From contig NC_086097.1 in NCBI RefSeq assembly GCF_963921235.1, forward strand, positions 23,066,001 to 23,130,000: a DNA stretch of 64,000 nt. The letters run 5' to 3'. This DNA is from Mobula hypostoma (taxonomy: Eukaryota). This document shows, in pieces, positions 48,768 through 59,543 of this stretch (within the stretch, counting starts at the first letter, position 1; each line of letters begins with the position of its first letter). Position numbers and translations under genes: made by a program. The notes under the pieces are model-generated. The model saw nothing but the letters and a program-made list of their open reading frames with translations, had not been told where the DNA came from and made no database searches.

Positions 48768-49470
48768 GGGACTTGAGAGTCCTTGTGCACGATTCCCTAA
48801 AGGTTAATTTGCAGGCTGAGTCAGTAATAAGGAAGGCAAGTGCAATGTTAGCATTCATTTCAAGAGGATTAGAATATAAAAGTAAGGGTGTAACGTTGAG
48901 GCTTTATAAGGCACTGGTGAGTATTGTGAGCAGTTTTGGGCCCCTTATCTAAGAAAGTATGTGCTGTCATTGGAGAGGGTTCAAAGGAGGTTCACAAAAT
49001 GATTCTGGGAGTGAAAGGCTTGGCATTTGAGGAGTGTTTGATGGCTCTGGGCCCCTATTCACTGGAATTCAGAAGAATGAGGGATGAACTCATTGAGAGC
49101 TATCTGATGTTGAAAGGCCTCAACAGGGTAAACATTGGGAGGGTGTTTCCTAAGGTGGGGGAGTCTAAGACCAGAGGACACAGTCTCAGAATAGACAGGC
49201 AACCTTTTAGAACAGAGCTGAGGAGGAATTTCTTTAGAAGAGAAAGGTGAATCTGTGGAATTCATTGACACAGGGATCTGTGGAGGTCAAATCATTGGAT
49301 ATATTTAAGGCAGAGGTTGATAGATTCTTGATTAGTCAGGGCATGAAGGGATACAGGGAGAAGGCAGGAGATTGGGGCTGTGAGGGAAAATGGATCGGCC
49401 TTGATGAAATAGGGGAGCCAATTTGATGGACCAAACAGCCTAATTCTGCTCCCATATCTTATGGTCTTAT
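48768..49470 (+). mobile_element. CR1 3' fragment
   Basis: Homologous to 13125-13854; tcttatggtcttat tail. Confidence 0.8.
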
Positions 49471-49529
49471 ATCACATAGAAAATATTATTTGTTTGACTG
49501 TAAATTTAGTTAGGTTTTCTCAAGACAGG

Positions 49530-50130
49530 ACAGCACAGTTGTTTAGTGGTTAGCATAATCGCTTTACACGCCAGTGATCAGAAGATTGAAGCTAAATTCC
49601 AGCCGCTACCTATGAGGAATTTATACATTCTCCCTGTGACTACATGGGTTTTCAAAAACATTTATTTATTTATTTATTGAGATACACACAGAATAGACAC
49701 TTCTGGCCTTTCGAGCCACACTGCCCAGCAACTAATCCTAGCCTAATCACAGGACAGTTTACAATGACCAATTAGCTCACCAACTGGTACATCTTTGGAC
49801 AGTGGGAGGAAACAGGAGTCCCTGGAAGAAATCCACCTGGGCACGGGAGAGTATAAAAACTCCTTACAGGCAGCAGTGGGAATTGGAGCCGTGTTGTTGC
49901 TACTGCAAAGCGTTGTGTTCACCACTACGGTGGTCCAGTTTCCTCCCACAGTCCAAAGGTATACAGGTTAGGGTTAGTGAGTTGTGAGCATGCTATGTTG
50001 GTACCGGAAGCATGACAATTGTGGGCTGCTCCCAGAACAATCCTCAGACTGTGTCGGTCACTGATGACAACAACACATTTCACTCCATGTTTCAACATCC
50101 ATATAACAAATGAAATTAATCTTAATCTTT
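49530..50130 (+). mobile_element. V-domain SINE interrupted by an opposite-strand V-SINE (about 49660-49930)
   Basis: Head at about 49530, V core split, tail at about 50105-50130; inner copy in reverse orientation. Confidence 0.6.
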
Positions 50131-50734
50131 ATCCTTAGTAGACCATAAAAAGATCAATGGAACTGCAAGTTCCTTTCCTTCTTTCTCATTTTCAGCTACT
50201 ACATATAATTAAAAATAAGAGTCACTTACAAAAATAGTTACATATTCATTTTCGAAAACGTACATGCCACCTATTCGTTATTTCATACATTAGCTCACAC
50301 ACATTTTGTTTGAAATTAATAATTTCATATTCAAATGTAGAATGTGCTGGGGAATGTAATTAAATTCAAGCTTTCTTGCCAGCTGATAGCCTCTCATCTC
50401 CATAGGTTAAACTGAACAAATTTCTAATTTGTTAAATATGAAGAGATGACTAAAATGGACAATAATAGGTCTTCAAATCTTTCTTTAAGTTTTCATTAAT
50501 TTTCTCGTAATTCCTACTATGAAAAAGAGTTTGTGGTTAATATTCCTTAGGATTGAAAGTTCCTGGATGTTTTGCAAGCTATTGTGTTATCATTTTATAT
50601 TGAGTACAAAAATTAGTGTGAAGTTCTTTAATTTATTATTTTGTGGAATCTCTCAATTAATGAAAGGATCATCCTATCAACTAATGCAGAGGACAGGCCT
50701 GATTGGGATGGTCAACATACCTTTGTGCGCAGTA

Positions 50735-52170
50735 GGCTGCGTCACCAATCTGACAGGGATTTTTGAGGCAGTTACTATGAACGCTGATGAAGGCAAGGCA
50801 ATGGATGTTGTCTACATAGACTTTTGCAAGGCTTTTGACAAGGTCCTGCATAGGAGGTTGGCCAAGAAGGTTCAGTTGCTTGGCATTCAGCATTCGGTAG
50901 TAAATTGAATCTGACATTGGCTTTGTGGAAGAAGACAAAGAGTGGTAGTAGATAGTTGCCTCTCTGACTGGAAGCCTGTGACGAGTGGTGTGCCACAGGG
51001 ATTGGAGCTGAGCCTGTTGTTGGTTGATAGAGTCATCATAGAGTTACAGAACACTGCACCATACAGCAGGCCCCTTCTGCCACCTAGTCTGTGCCAAACT
51101 ATTAATCTGCTTCGTCTCATCGACTTGCACCTGGACCATAACCCTTCCCATCCAAAATTATCCAAAATTCTCTTAAATGTTTAAATCAAACTCACATACC
51201 CTGCTTCTGCTGGCAGCTCAATCCATACTGTCTTCACCCTCTGAGTGAAGAAAATTCCACCTCGTGCTCCCCTTAAATATTTCACCTTTCACCCTTAACC
51301 CATGACCTCTGGTTCCAGTCTCATATCTGTTATCTATATCAACAATCTGGATGATAACGTATTAAACTGGATCAACACATTTGCAGGTGACACCAAGATT
51401 GGGGGTGTATTGGGCAGCTAAGAAAGCTATTACGGCTTGCAGCAGGATCTGGACCAGCTGGAAAAATGGGCTGATAAATGGCATTGGAATTTAATGCAGA
51501 CAAGTGCGAGGTGTTACACTTTGGGAGGACAAATCAGGGTACTAACTACTGAAGACCGTGGTAGAAAGAGGATTCTGTAAATACAGATCTATAATTCCTT
51601 GAAAGTGGCGTCACAGGTAAAGAGGGTTGTAAAGAGAGCTTTTGGCACGTTGGCCTTTCATATTGAGTACAGGACTTAGGATGTTATGTTGAAATTGTAT
51701 GTGATGTTGGTGAGGCCTAATTTGGGGATTGTGTGCAGTTCTGGTCACCTATCAACAATAAAAATATCAATAAGATTCAAAGACTACAAAGGAAAATTAC
51801 AAGTATGTTGTTGGGACTAAAGGACCAGAGTATATAGGGGAAGGTTCAATACGTTAGGACTTTATTCCTTGGAGTGTTGGAGAATGAGGGGAGATTTGAT
51901 AGAGGTACACAAAATTATGAGGGGTATAAACACAAACAGGCTTTTTCACTTCAGGTTGGTGACACTAGAACTGGAGGTCATAGGTTATGGGTGAAAGGGG
52001 AATCTGAGGGAGATTTCTGAGGGTGGTGCTAGTGTGGAACGAGTTGCAAGTGTAAATGGTGGATACAGGTTTGATTACAACATTTAAACCAAGTTTGGAT
52101 AATATTTCAGCAGACCAGATGGGCTGAAGGCCCTGTTTCTGTGCTGTGGTACTCGATGACTCTGTGACTA
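50735..52170 (+). mobile_element. Degenerate CR1 RT fragment with nested minus-strand CR1 tail (about 51030-51322)
   Basis: DVVYIDFCKAFDKV and VTSGVPQG motifs; a FAGDTKIGG-like segment resumes after the insertion. Confidence 0.8.
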
Positions 52171-52249
52171 TAAAAGATAACATGGCTTTATTTTGCAGAA
52201 TAGCAAGAGATTTACCTCTGGTGTCCTAGCCAATACTTATCCCTCATGT

Positions 52250-52600
52250 GTGAGTGGCCTCCGTCGGTTGTGGTCGACCATGGGTACTGCGCCTCTGGGA
52301 GTCACTGGTTTGTCGAGCAGTGTCGACTGTGGCTATTGAGGCCGATCCTGGAACGGCAGGCTCTGCCGCAGTTGCTGCATGTGTAGGGCATCATGGAATT
52401 GTTGTCCGCTGTTCGCTGTGCTCTCCGTTTAGCTCTCCGCTCCTCAAACTGACTCAGGGTCACTCTTTCGCCTTGCTCTCGGTGTTGCTGAAGAGTACCT
52501 CGCCATTTGTTGCGGTCATCTGCTGTATCCTCCCAGCACTGCGTTGATTTTTAAGGTTTTCATGTCGCGCCTACAGAGGTCCTTGAAGCAAAGCTGGGTA
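52250..52600 (-). mobile_element. RTE-clade LINE 3' end with C-terminal zinc finger
   Basis: Manual minus-strand translation: FKDLCRRDMKTLKIN / WEDTADDRNKWR...YTCSNCGRACRSRIGLNSHSRHC; CpG-rich. Confidence 0.85.
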
Positions 52601-53633
52601 CTGTAGGTTGTGGGAATGTTGTTTGCAAATTGGTTCCCACATTGCAATGATCACCACAGAAGTGCTTCATTGCTTAAAGGGCTAAAGGATGTCATAACGA
52701 TGCATAAGGTATCAGGTAGTGCAGGGTTTATTTTGTCATTAACTCAGTCATTTGTCTCCCATCCTCTCTGTGTATGACAATCTATTATTATGTTCTTGTC
52801 AACAAAATTTTTGAGATATGTGTCGGCTTTGACTCTTATCCCCTGATAATTCTCATGGAAGTGGCATGTTAGAAGATCAGACATATCTTTGGAGAACGTT
52901 GGAGACAGCTGAAGGACCAGAAGTCATAAGTTTCTTCCTTTTCTAATTTTATTATGAAGGAAAATTTATGGCAAGTAGCAGCAGTTGACATTTGCCCTGG
53001 TAATATAGGGCAATATGGCTCATAGAAATGCTTCTTGAGTCGAATGAACCTAATTTCCTAAACTAAGAGCTTTTTTCATTTGGACCTGACTCATAGGATG
53101 TCTTACCTGTGATGAGCTGCATTCATTTTTTAGATTCAAGCACCACCTAATTTCTTCTCTCTCCTTAAACTTTTGATACTCCTTCCTAAACCAAAGTCAA
53201 AAAAGTAGAGTGTAGATTATGTATTATTCCACAAACGGACAAAATGCCTTCTTCATGACATGTATTTTAGACCTCAAGACCATAGGACATAGGAACAGAA
53301 TTAGGCCATTCAGCCCATCAATTCTGCCCCATCAGGACTGATTTATTACCTCTCTCATCCCCATTCTCCTGACTTCTCCCCTTAACATTTGGCACACTTA
53401 CTAATCAAGAACATAACTTCGGCTTTAAGTATACCCAATGACTTGGCCTCCACAGTTGTCTAATAGCACTGAATTCTGAGGACTTCCGGTAGCGCTCATG
53501 GAGTGAAGTCGCGTTCTTGACTCGCTCCATTACCTCTGAGTTTTTTCTCTCTATGGTCAGCTATACTTTAATTAACTATTAAGGCATCAATTTTTACAAT
53601 ACTTTGAATTAAACTGAATTCTCTGACAATTGG

Positions 53634-54533
53634 ATGATACTGAGATCGGCTATGTCTAAGAACGGGAAAGACGGCAAGGATGGTAAACCTCCGGTTAAAC
53701 CGAAAGCTACGGATCTCCCTCCGACTGAATCACCGGTGACTTTGGAAGCTATATCGGAGTTAATTCAGAGGGAAATTTCAACCTCTGTTAGGGAGATGAT
53801 TCGTACAGAAATTATGGGCTCTGTTAAAGACCTGATTCATATGGAAATCTCAACTAAGTTCCAGAAAATTGCCGACTTAATTGATAAGATGCAAACATGT
53901 ATTGCGGAACATCAGTCGGCTATATCTGGTCTTCAAAAATCCGCGCAACAAAGTGAGCTTAAGATGGGGAAAGTCGAAGAAACAATTAATGTAATGAAGA
54001 AGAAACTTGACTTTTTGACTTTTAAAAACTCTGACTTGGAATCTAGAATGCGACGGCAGAATTTACGAATGATTGGCGTCAGGGAAGCCGTGGAAGCTAA
54101 CAACCCTATGAAATATTTCTCCCAACTTTTAAAAGATGCATTCCCTACTGTATTTCCTGACCAACCACCGCTACTGGATCGTGTTCACAGAATCCCATCA
54201 TACTCGTCTAGGTCAGATAGACCTAGGCATGTTATCTTACGTTTTCATTACTTTCAAGACAAGGAGAGACTGTTTCGATTCGCTCGATCTAAAGGTTTCA
54301 TTGATTTTTCGGATCTTAAGTTCCGATTCGTGGAAGATTTCAGTAAACCAATCTGGGACCAACGGGTCCGTTACAGATCCGTGATGTCGGAATTCTATAA
54401 GATGGATTTAAGACCAGCGCTGCTGTACCCTGCACGTCTAAGGATTCGCATGTTAGATGGAGCTCTTCGTTTTTTTGATTCTCCATCGGATGCCCAGAGT
54501 TATCTGGATCAACTTTCATCTTCAACATCTTAA
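53634..54533 (+). CDS. L1 ORF1p (coiled coil + RRM + CTD nucleic-acid chaperone)
   Basis: 299 aa; heptad region, DLESRMRRQNLRMIGVRE, LDRVHRI, RPRHVILRFH, EDFS and LLYPARLRI motifs of L1 ORF1. Confidence 0.95.
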   Translation: MILRSAMSKNGKDGKDGKPPVKPKATDLPPTESPVTLEAISELIQREISTSVREMIRTEIMGSVKDLIHMEISTKFQKIADLIDKMQTCIAEHQSAISGLQKSAQQSELKMGKVEETINVMKKKLDFLTFKNSDLESRMRRQNLRMIGVREAVEANNPMKYFSQLLKDAFPTVFPDQPPLLDRVHRIPSYSSRSDRPRHVILRFHYFQDKERLFRFARSKGFIDFSDLKFRFVEDFSKPIWDQRVRYRSVMSEFYKMDLRPALLYPARLRIRMLDGALRFFDSPSDAQSYLDQLSSSTS

Positions 54534-55255
54534 TTGCCTTTTTTTAATTTTCTCCGTTGATCGGAGGCTGTGAATTGGTTGGTTTTAACTTTTCTGTGCC
54601 CTATTTGGGCAGAAAAGTTTACTTTTGATTTCTTAATATGGCTGCTAAACTTTCTTTTTAACTGCGTCATTTCTTTCTTTTCCCAGGGGATTCTGGGTGG
54701 TTACTTCCCTTTTGTCATCTTACGTATTTCCTGTGCGGCCTTAAATTTTGTAGTTTTTTTTTAAATTTTATTCTGTTTTGCTTTTTATAATCATTTTATG
54801 TTAATAATCCTATTTTTTTTGTTGCTGTGTCTATTCATGAGTTTGAGGTTTATTGTGGTTTTTTTTTAATATATACTTTCCGGCTTTTGTTCTGTTCTGT
54901 GTGTATTTTAATTGAGCTAACTTTTTTTTACTTATTTTTTTTACTGTTTTACAATTAGCTGATCCTTTTCATATTTATACCTTTTTTTTAGGGAGCGTAT
55001 ACCGGAAGTCATGGGGGTAGTTTTAGCGCTTGCTTCTTTCTGGCGGGTCTGCTTTAGATTTCGCCTTGGGGTCCTGGGGTGGGGGGTGGTGGGAGGGGCT
55101 TCACGTTTTAGTTTGTTTCTCTTTGGGCTATATACATTATTGAAGTATTGGTTACGTCCTTTTCCCCGGTATCTTTTGTATGTTCTGTTTCCTCTCCGGG
55201 TCTGTGGGTCGCGCCTATTGTCAATCCTCCTTGTTATGGGTTGACTTTAGGATTT

Positions 55256-58200
55256 ATGGAGTCTATTATTAATTTTGTCTCCTGGAATACTAATGGTCTT
55301 AATCATCCTATTAAAAGGAAAAAAGTTTTTAAAGTGTTCCGGAGACTTAAAGCACAAATTTTATTTTTACAAGAGACCCATGTACGGAGGGGGGACAGAC
55401 TACGTTTTTTCAAATTTTGGAAGGGACAACAATTTCATTCGAACTCCAATGCTAAGATTCGAGGCGTCTCTATTTTTATAGACTCCTCAGTTACTTTTAT
55501 ACAACAGGATATTATCTCTGATCCGAATGGTAGATTTTTATTGGTTAGTGGTTTATTATTTAATAAAAAAGTAGTTTTGGTTAATGTTTATGCTCCTAAT
55601 ATGGATTGTCCGGAATTTTATAAATCATTGTTTGATCAGTTTCCGAATTTGAATGAGTTTTCATTGATTTGGGGCGGAGATCTTAATACCTGTTTATCTC
55701 CAGCTTTGGACCGTTCGGCTCCTTTACGGACTTTACCTAATAAATCTGCAAATTTGATTAATTTTTTCCTTTCTGATTCTGGGTCGACGGACATTTGGCG
55801 TTTTCTGCATCCTCAGGAAAAAGATTTTTCCTTCTTTTCACATGTTCATCATTCCTATTCAAGAATTGATTATTTTTTCATTGATTCTCGTCTCATTCCT
55901 TCAGTGATTAAATGTGATTATGATTCTATAACCATTTCGGATCATGCTCCACTTAAGCTTTCTATTAAAATTATGGCCAATATACCAAACAATAGACAAT
56001 GGCGTTTTAATTCGCTGTTGCTTCAGGACTCGGACTTTGTTAATTTTATGAATGAACAGATTGAGCTTTTTTTTACAATTAACCATACAGAAGATATTTC
56101 GGTTAACACTCTTTGGGACACTTTTAAAGCCTATATTCGGGGTCAGATTATTTCGTATTCCGTTGCTTTGAGGAAGAAACAGAAGCAGGAGGAGATGGTA
56201 ATTGTGGACAAGATTAAAGAAATTGATAAGAAATATGTTATGGCTCCTTCTGAGGAGCTATACAAACAAAGAACTGAACTTCAAATGGAACACAGTTTAC
56301 TACTCTCGTCCTCGATTGTAAACCAATTAAAGAAAACAAGAAGTGATTTTTATGTTCACAGTGATAAAATTGGCAAGCTGCTGGCTAATCAATTGAAATC
56401 TAATTATGTTAAATCTCAAATCAATCAGATTTATAACCAAAATGATCGATTGATATTGGATCATGTGGGGATTAATCAAACCTTTTGTGATTTTTATTCT
56501 TCTTTATACCAATCAGAGTCTCCTCGAGATTCTAAATATATGAATGATTTTTTAGATAAGTTAGACTTCCCTCTGATTTCACAGGATATGTCTTCTTTAT
56601 TAGATACTTCCATTACAATGGATGAGATTAAGAATGTTATTTTTTCTATGAATCTGGGGAAAGCTCCTGGCCCTGATGGGTTTACCGTTGAATTTTATAA
56701 ATGTTTTGCTTCTTTATTGATTCCTTGGCTCTATAAGGTTTTTGAGGCTTCTTTGAAACTTGGTAAACTTCCGGAATCTTTTAATAGAGCATCAATTTCT
56801 TTAATACTAAAGAAGGATAAAGACCCTGCTCAATGTGCATCTTATAGACCAATATCTTTATTAAATGTTGATTCTAAAGTTTTTTCTAAGTTATTAGCAA
56901 ATAGACTAGAAAAAGTACTTCCTTCTATTATTTCGGAAGACCAAACGGGTTTTATTAAAGGTCGTTACTCTTTTTATAATATTCGTACATTGTTAAATAT
57001 CGTTTATACTCCCTCACAAAATGTTCCTGAGTGTGTTATTTCTTTAGATGCCGAGAAAGCTTTTGATAGAGTAGAATGGCCTTATTTATTTAAGGTGCTT
57101 GAAATGTTTAATTTTAGCTTGAAATTTATATCCTGGATTAAACTGTTATATTACTCCCCTGTAGCCTCGGTTCGTACTAACTCCTTAAACTCACCTTTTT
57201 TTCCTCTCTTTCGTGGTACTCGACAAGGCTGTCCTCTTAGTCCCCTATTATTTGATATTGCATTAGAACCTCTTGCAATTGCTATTCGAGAATCTTTAAA
57301 TATTACTGGGATAACTCGGGGATTAAAGTCCCATAAATTATCACTCTATGCTGATGATTTACTTTTATATATTTCTAATCCTGAGAGATCCATTCCTGCT
57401 GTTTTAGAGTTATTAGCACAATTTGGTCTTTTCTCAGGTTATAAATTAAATCTTAGTAAGAGTGAACTTTTTCCGATTAATAAACATCTTCCCTTATATT
57501 ATAAATTTCCATTTAAATTGATTAATAATTACTTTTCATATCTTGGGATTAAAATTACTTGTAAACATAAAGATTTATTTAAGACTAACTTTTTACCATT
57601 AATAGACCATATTACTCAACTTTCATCTAAATGGTTTCCCTTATATTTAACTTTGATTGGTCGTATTAATGCAGTTAAGATGTTTTTTTTGCCAAAATTT
57701 TTATATGTGTTTCAGGCATTACCAATTTTCGTTCCTAAATCTTTTTTTGATAAAGTTGACTCTAAAATTTCTTCATTTATTTGGCAGAACAAGAATCCGA
57801 GACTGGGTAAAATACATTTACAGAAAGCTAAGAGAGATGGAGGTTTAGCATTACCTAACTTTAGATTTTATTATTGGGCTATTAATATTCGACATATGAA
57901 ATTTTGGTTACTTGACCGGGACATACTATTTATTCCTAAATGGGTAGCATTGGAATTACAATCTGTTCAGGGTTATACACTTGGTTCTATTTTAGGTTCC
58001 TCTCTTCCTTTTGATTCGAAACGTCTTAAGCAGGTCTCTAACCCGATAGTTAAATATGCTTTGCGCATTTGGTTTCAATTCAGAAAATTTTTTGATCTTA
58101 ATCAATTCGGGTTAGCGATTCCTATTTTAGGTAACATATTTTTTCCTCCCTCTTTTACGGATCGCGCTTTTCAAACTTGGAAGACTAAGGGTATTTTACG

Positions 58201-59032
58201 GTTTTTGGATTTATTTTTAGATGGTTCCCTTATGTCTTTTGAACAATTATCTAATAAATATAACTTATCAAGAATACATTTTTTTAGATATTTACAAGTT
58301 AGAAATTTCCTAAGTACTATACTTACTTCCTTTCCAATGCTTCCTCCTATATATATTTTAGATTCGATAATTAACCTTAATCCATGTCAGAAAGGTGCAT
58401 CGGCTATGATTTATAATATTATTATGAAACTTAGGAAAGCTCCATTTGATAAGATTAGGGTAGATTGGGAACAGGAATTGGGGCTTACCATTTCTGTGGA
58501 TGATTGGGGGCAGATTTTACAATTAGTTAATACTTCCTCTATTTGTGCTAAACATTCCCTAATTCAATTTAAAGTGGTTCATAGAGCACATATGTCCAAA
58601 GATAAGTTAGCGCGTTTTTACTCGCATATTAATCCTTTCTGTGATAGATGTTCGGGGCAGATAGCCTCTTTAACTCATATGTTTTGGTCTTGTCCTACTT
58701 TGGAAACTTTTTGGAGAGATATTTTCAATATTATTTCTAAGGTATTAAATATAGATATCTCTCCTCACCCTATTACTGCTATCTTTGGACTACCTAAAAT
58801 TTCTAGTAATCTTTCCCCTTCAGCCCGTAGAATGATTGCATTTCTTACTTTAATGGCGAAAAGATGTATTTTACAACATTGGAAAGAGCTTAATGCTCCA
58901 ACTACCTTTTTTTGGTTTTCTCAGACGATTTTATGTTTGAATCTGGAGAAAATTAGAAGTAACCTTTATGATTCTTCATTTAAATTTGAACAGATTTGGG
59001 GACCTTTTATTCGATATTTTCATTTAATGTAA
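55256..59032 (+). CDS. L1 ORF2p (APE endonuclease, reverse transcriptase, C-terminal zinc knuckle), 1258 aa from first ATG
   Basis: SWNTNGLN, LQETH, NVYAPN, GGDLN, SRIDYFF, SDHAP; KAPGPDGF, YRPISLLN, LDAEKAFDRV, GTRQGCPLSP, YADD, YLGI; CDRC-x8-H-x4-C. Confidence 0.97.
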   Translation: MESIINFVSWNTNGLNHPIKRKKVFKVFRRLKAQILFLQETHVRRGDRLRFFKFWKGQQFHSNSNAKIRGVSIFIDSSVTFIQQDIISDPNGRFLLVSGLLFNKKVVLVNVYAPNMDCPEFYKSLFDQFPNLNEFSLIWGGDLNTCLSPALDRSAPLRTLPNKSANLINFFLSDSGSTDIWRFLHPQEKDFSFFSHVHHSYSRIDYFFIDSRLIPSVIKCDYDSITISDHAPLKLSIKIMANIPNNRQWRFNSLLLQDSDFVNFMNEQIELFFTINHTEDISVNTLWDTFKAYIRGQIISYSVALRKKQKQEEMVIVDKIKEIDKKYVMAPSEELYKQRTELQMEHSLLLSSSIVNQLKKTRSDFYVHSDKIGKLLANQLKSNYVKSQINQIYNQNDRLILDHVGINQTFCDFYSSLYQSESPRDSKYMNDFLDKLDFPLISQDMSSLLDTSITMDEIKNVIFSMNLGKAPGPDGFTVEFYKCFASLLIPWLYKVFEASLKLGKLPESFNRASISLILKKDKDPAQCASYRPISLLNVDSKVFSKLLANRLEKVLPSIISEDQTGFIKGRYSFYNIRTLLNIVYTPSQNVPECVISLDAEKAFDRVEWPYLFKVLEMFNFSLKFISWIKLLYYSPVASVRTNSLNSPFFPLFRGTRQGCPLSPLLFDIALEPLAIAIRESLNITGITRGLKSHKLSLYADDLLLYISNPERSIPAVLELLAQFGLFSGYKLNLSKSELFPINKHLPLYYKFPFKLINNYFSYLGIKITCKHKDLFKTNFLPLIDHITQLSSKWFPLYLTLIGRINAVKMFFLPKFLYVFQALPIFVPKSFFDKVDSKISSFIWQNKNPRLGKIHLQKAKRDGGLALPNFRFYYWAINIRHMKFWLLDRDILFIPKWVALELQSVQGYTLGSILGSSLPFDSKRLKQVSNPIVKYALRIWFQFRKFFDLNQFGLAIPILGNIFFPPSFTDRAFQTWKTKGILRFLDLFLDGSLMSFEQLSNKYNLSRIHFFRYLQVRNFLSTILTSFPMLPPIYILDSIINLNPCQKGASAMIYNIIMKLRKAPFDKIRVDWEQELGLTISVDDWGQILQLVNTSSICAKHSLIQFKVVHRAHMSKDKLARFYSHINPFCDRCSGQIASLTHMFWSCPTLETFWRDIFNIISKVLNIDISPHPITAIFGLPKISSNLSPSARRMIAFLTLMAKRCILQHWKELNAPTTFFWFSQTILCLNLEKIRSNLYDSSFKFEQIWGPFIRYFHLM

Positions 59033-59367
59033 TATTTACCCTTCTTGTTTTTTCTTCACTGTTTTAATGGAGGTCGGGATTGAGGACGTGATTTTAAGTT
59101 TAACTCTGTTTGGTTTCAAGTTAGCCCATTGCTTTGCTTTGCTTTTAGTTAGTTGCACGGTGGGTTTTTTTTTTGGGGTTTTTTTTTTTCTTTTTTTTTC
59201 CATTGATATATATAAAATTTAGTATACTATTATGTTATCTTGGTTTCTTATGCTTAAATTACATTGTTTGTAGTATTTTCTTTTTGGTATTGTTATCTTT
59301 TGGAATTTTATTATACTTTAACATTGTATTAATGTTTATATGGCTTACCTTTTTTGTATACTTACTC

Positions 59368-59373
59368 AATAAA
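59368..59373 (+). terminator. L1 polyadenylation signal
   Basis: AATAAA immediately before the A-rich tail and 3' TSD. Confidence 0.8.
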
Positions 59374-59543
59374 AAGATTTAAAAAGAAAGAAAGCACTGA
59401 ATTCTATGGCTGAAGAAATTCCCCCTTGTCTCAGTTCTGAAGAGACGTCCTTGTATTCTGAGGCTGTTGTGCTGTGGTCCTAGACTTCCCCACTATATCA
59501 AAAATCCTCTCCACATCCACTCTATCAAGGTCTTTCAATATTT

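Larger units (their letters stand above)
53478..59392 (+). mobile_element. Full-length L1-clade LINE, apparently intact (about 5.9 kb)
   Basis: Exact 13-bp TSD agcactgaattct (53465-77 / 59393-405); GGACTTCCGG 5' end; ORF1 and ORF2 open; AATAAA at 59368-73; short A-rich tail. Confidence 0.97.

Noticed and set aside
53634..54533. Domesticated L1TD1-like host gene
   Set aside because: It sits in a complete L1 with ORF2, tail and TSD.
55148..55255. 36-aa N-terminal extension of ORF2 in the ORF track
   Set aside because: It starts at TTG; endonuclease homology begins right after the ATG at 55256.
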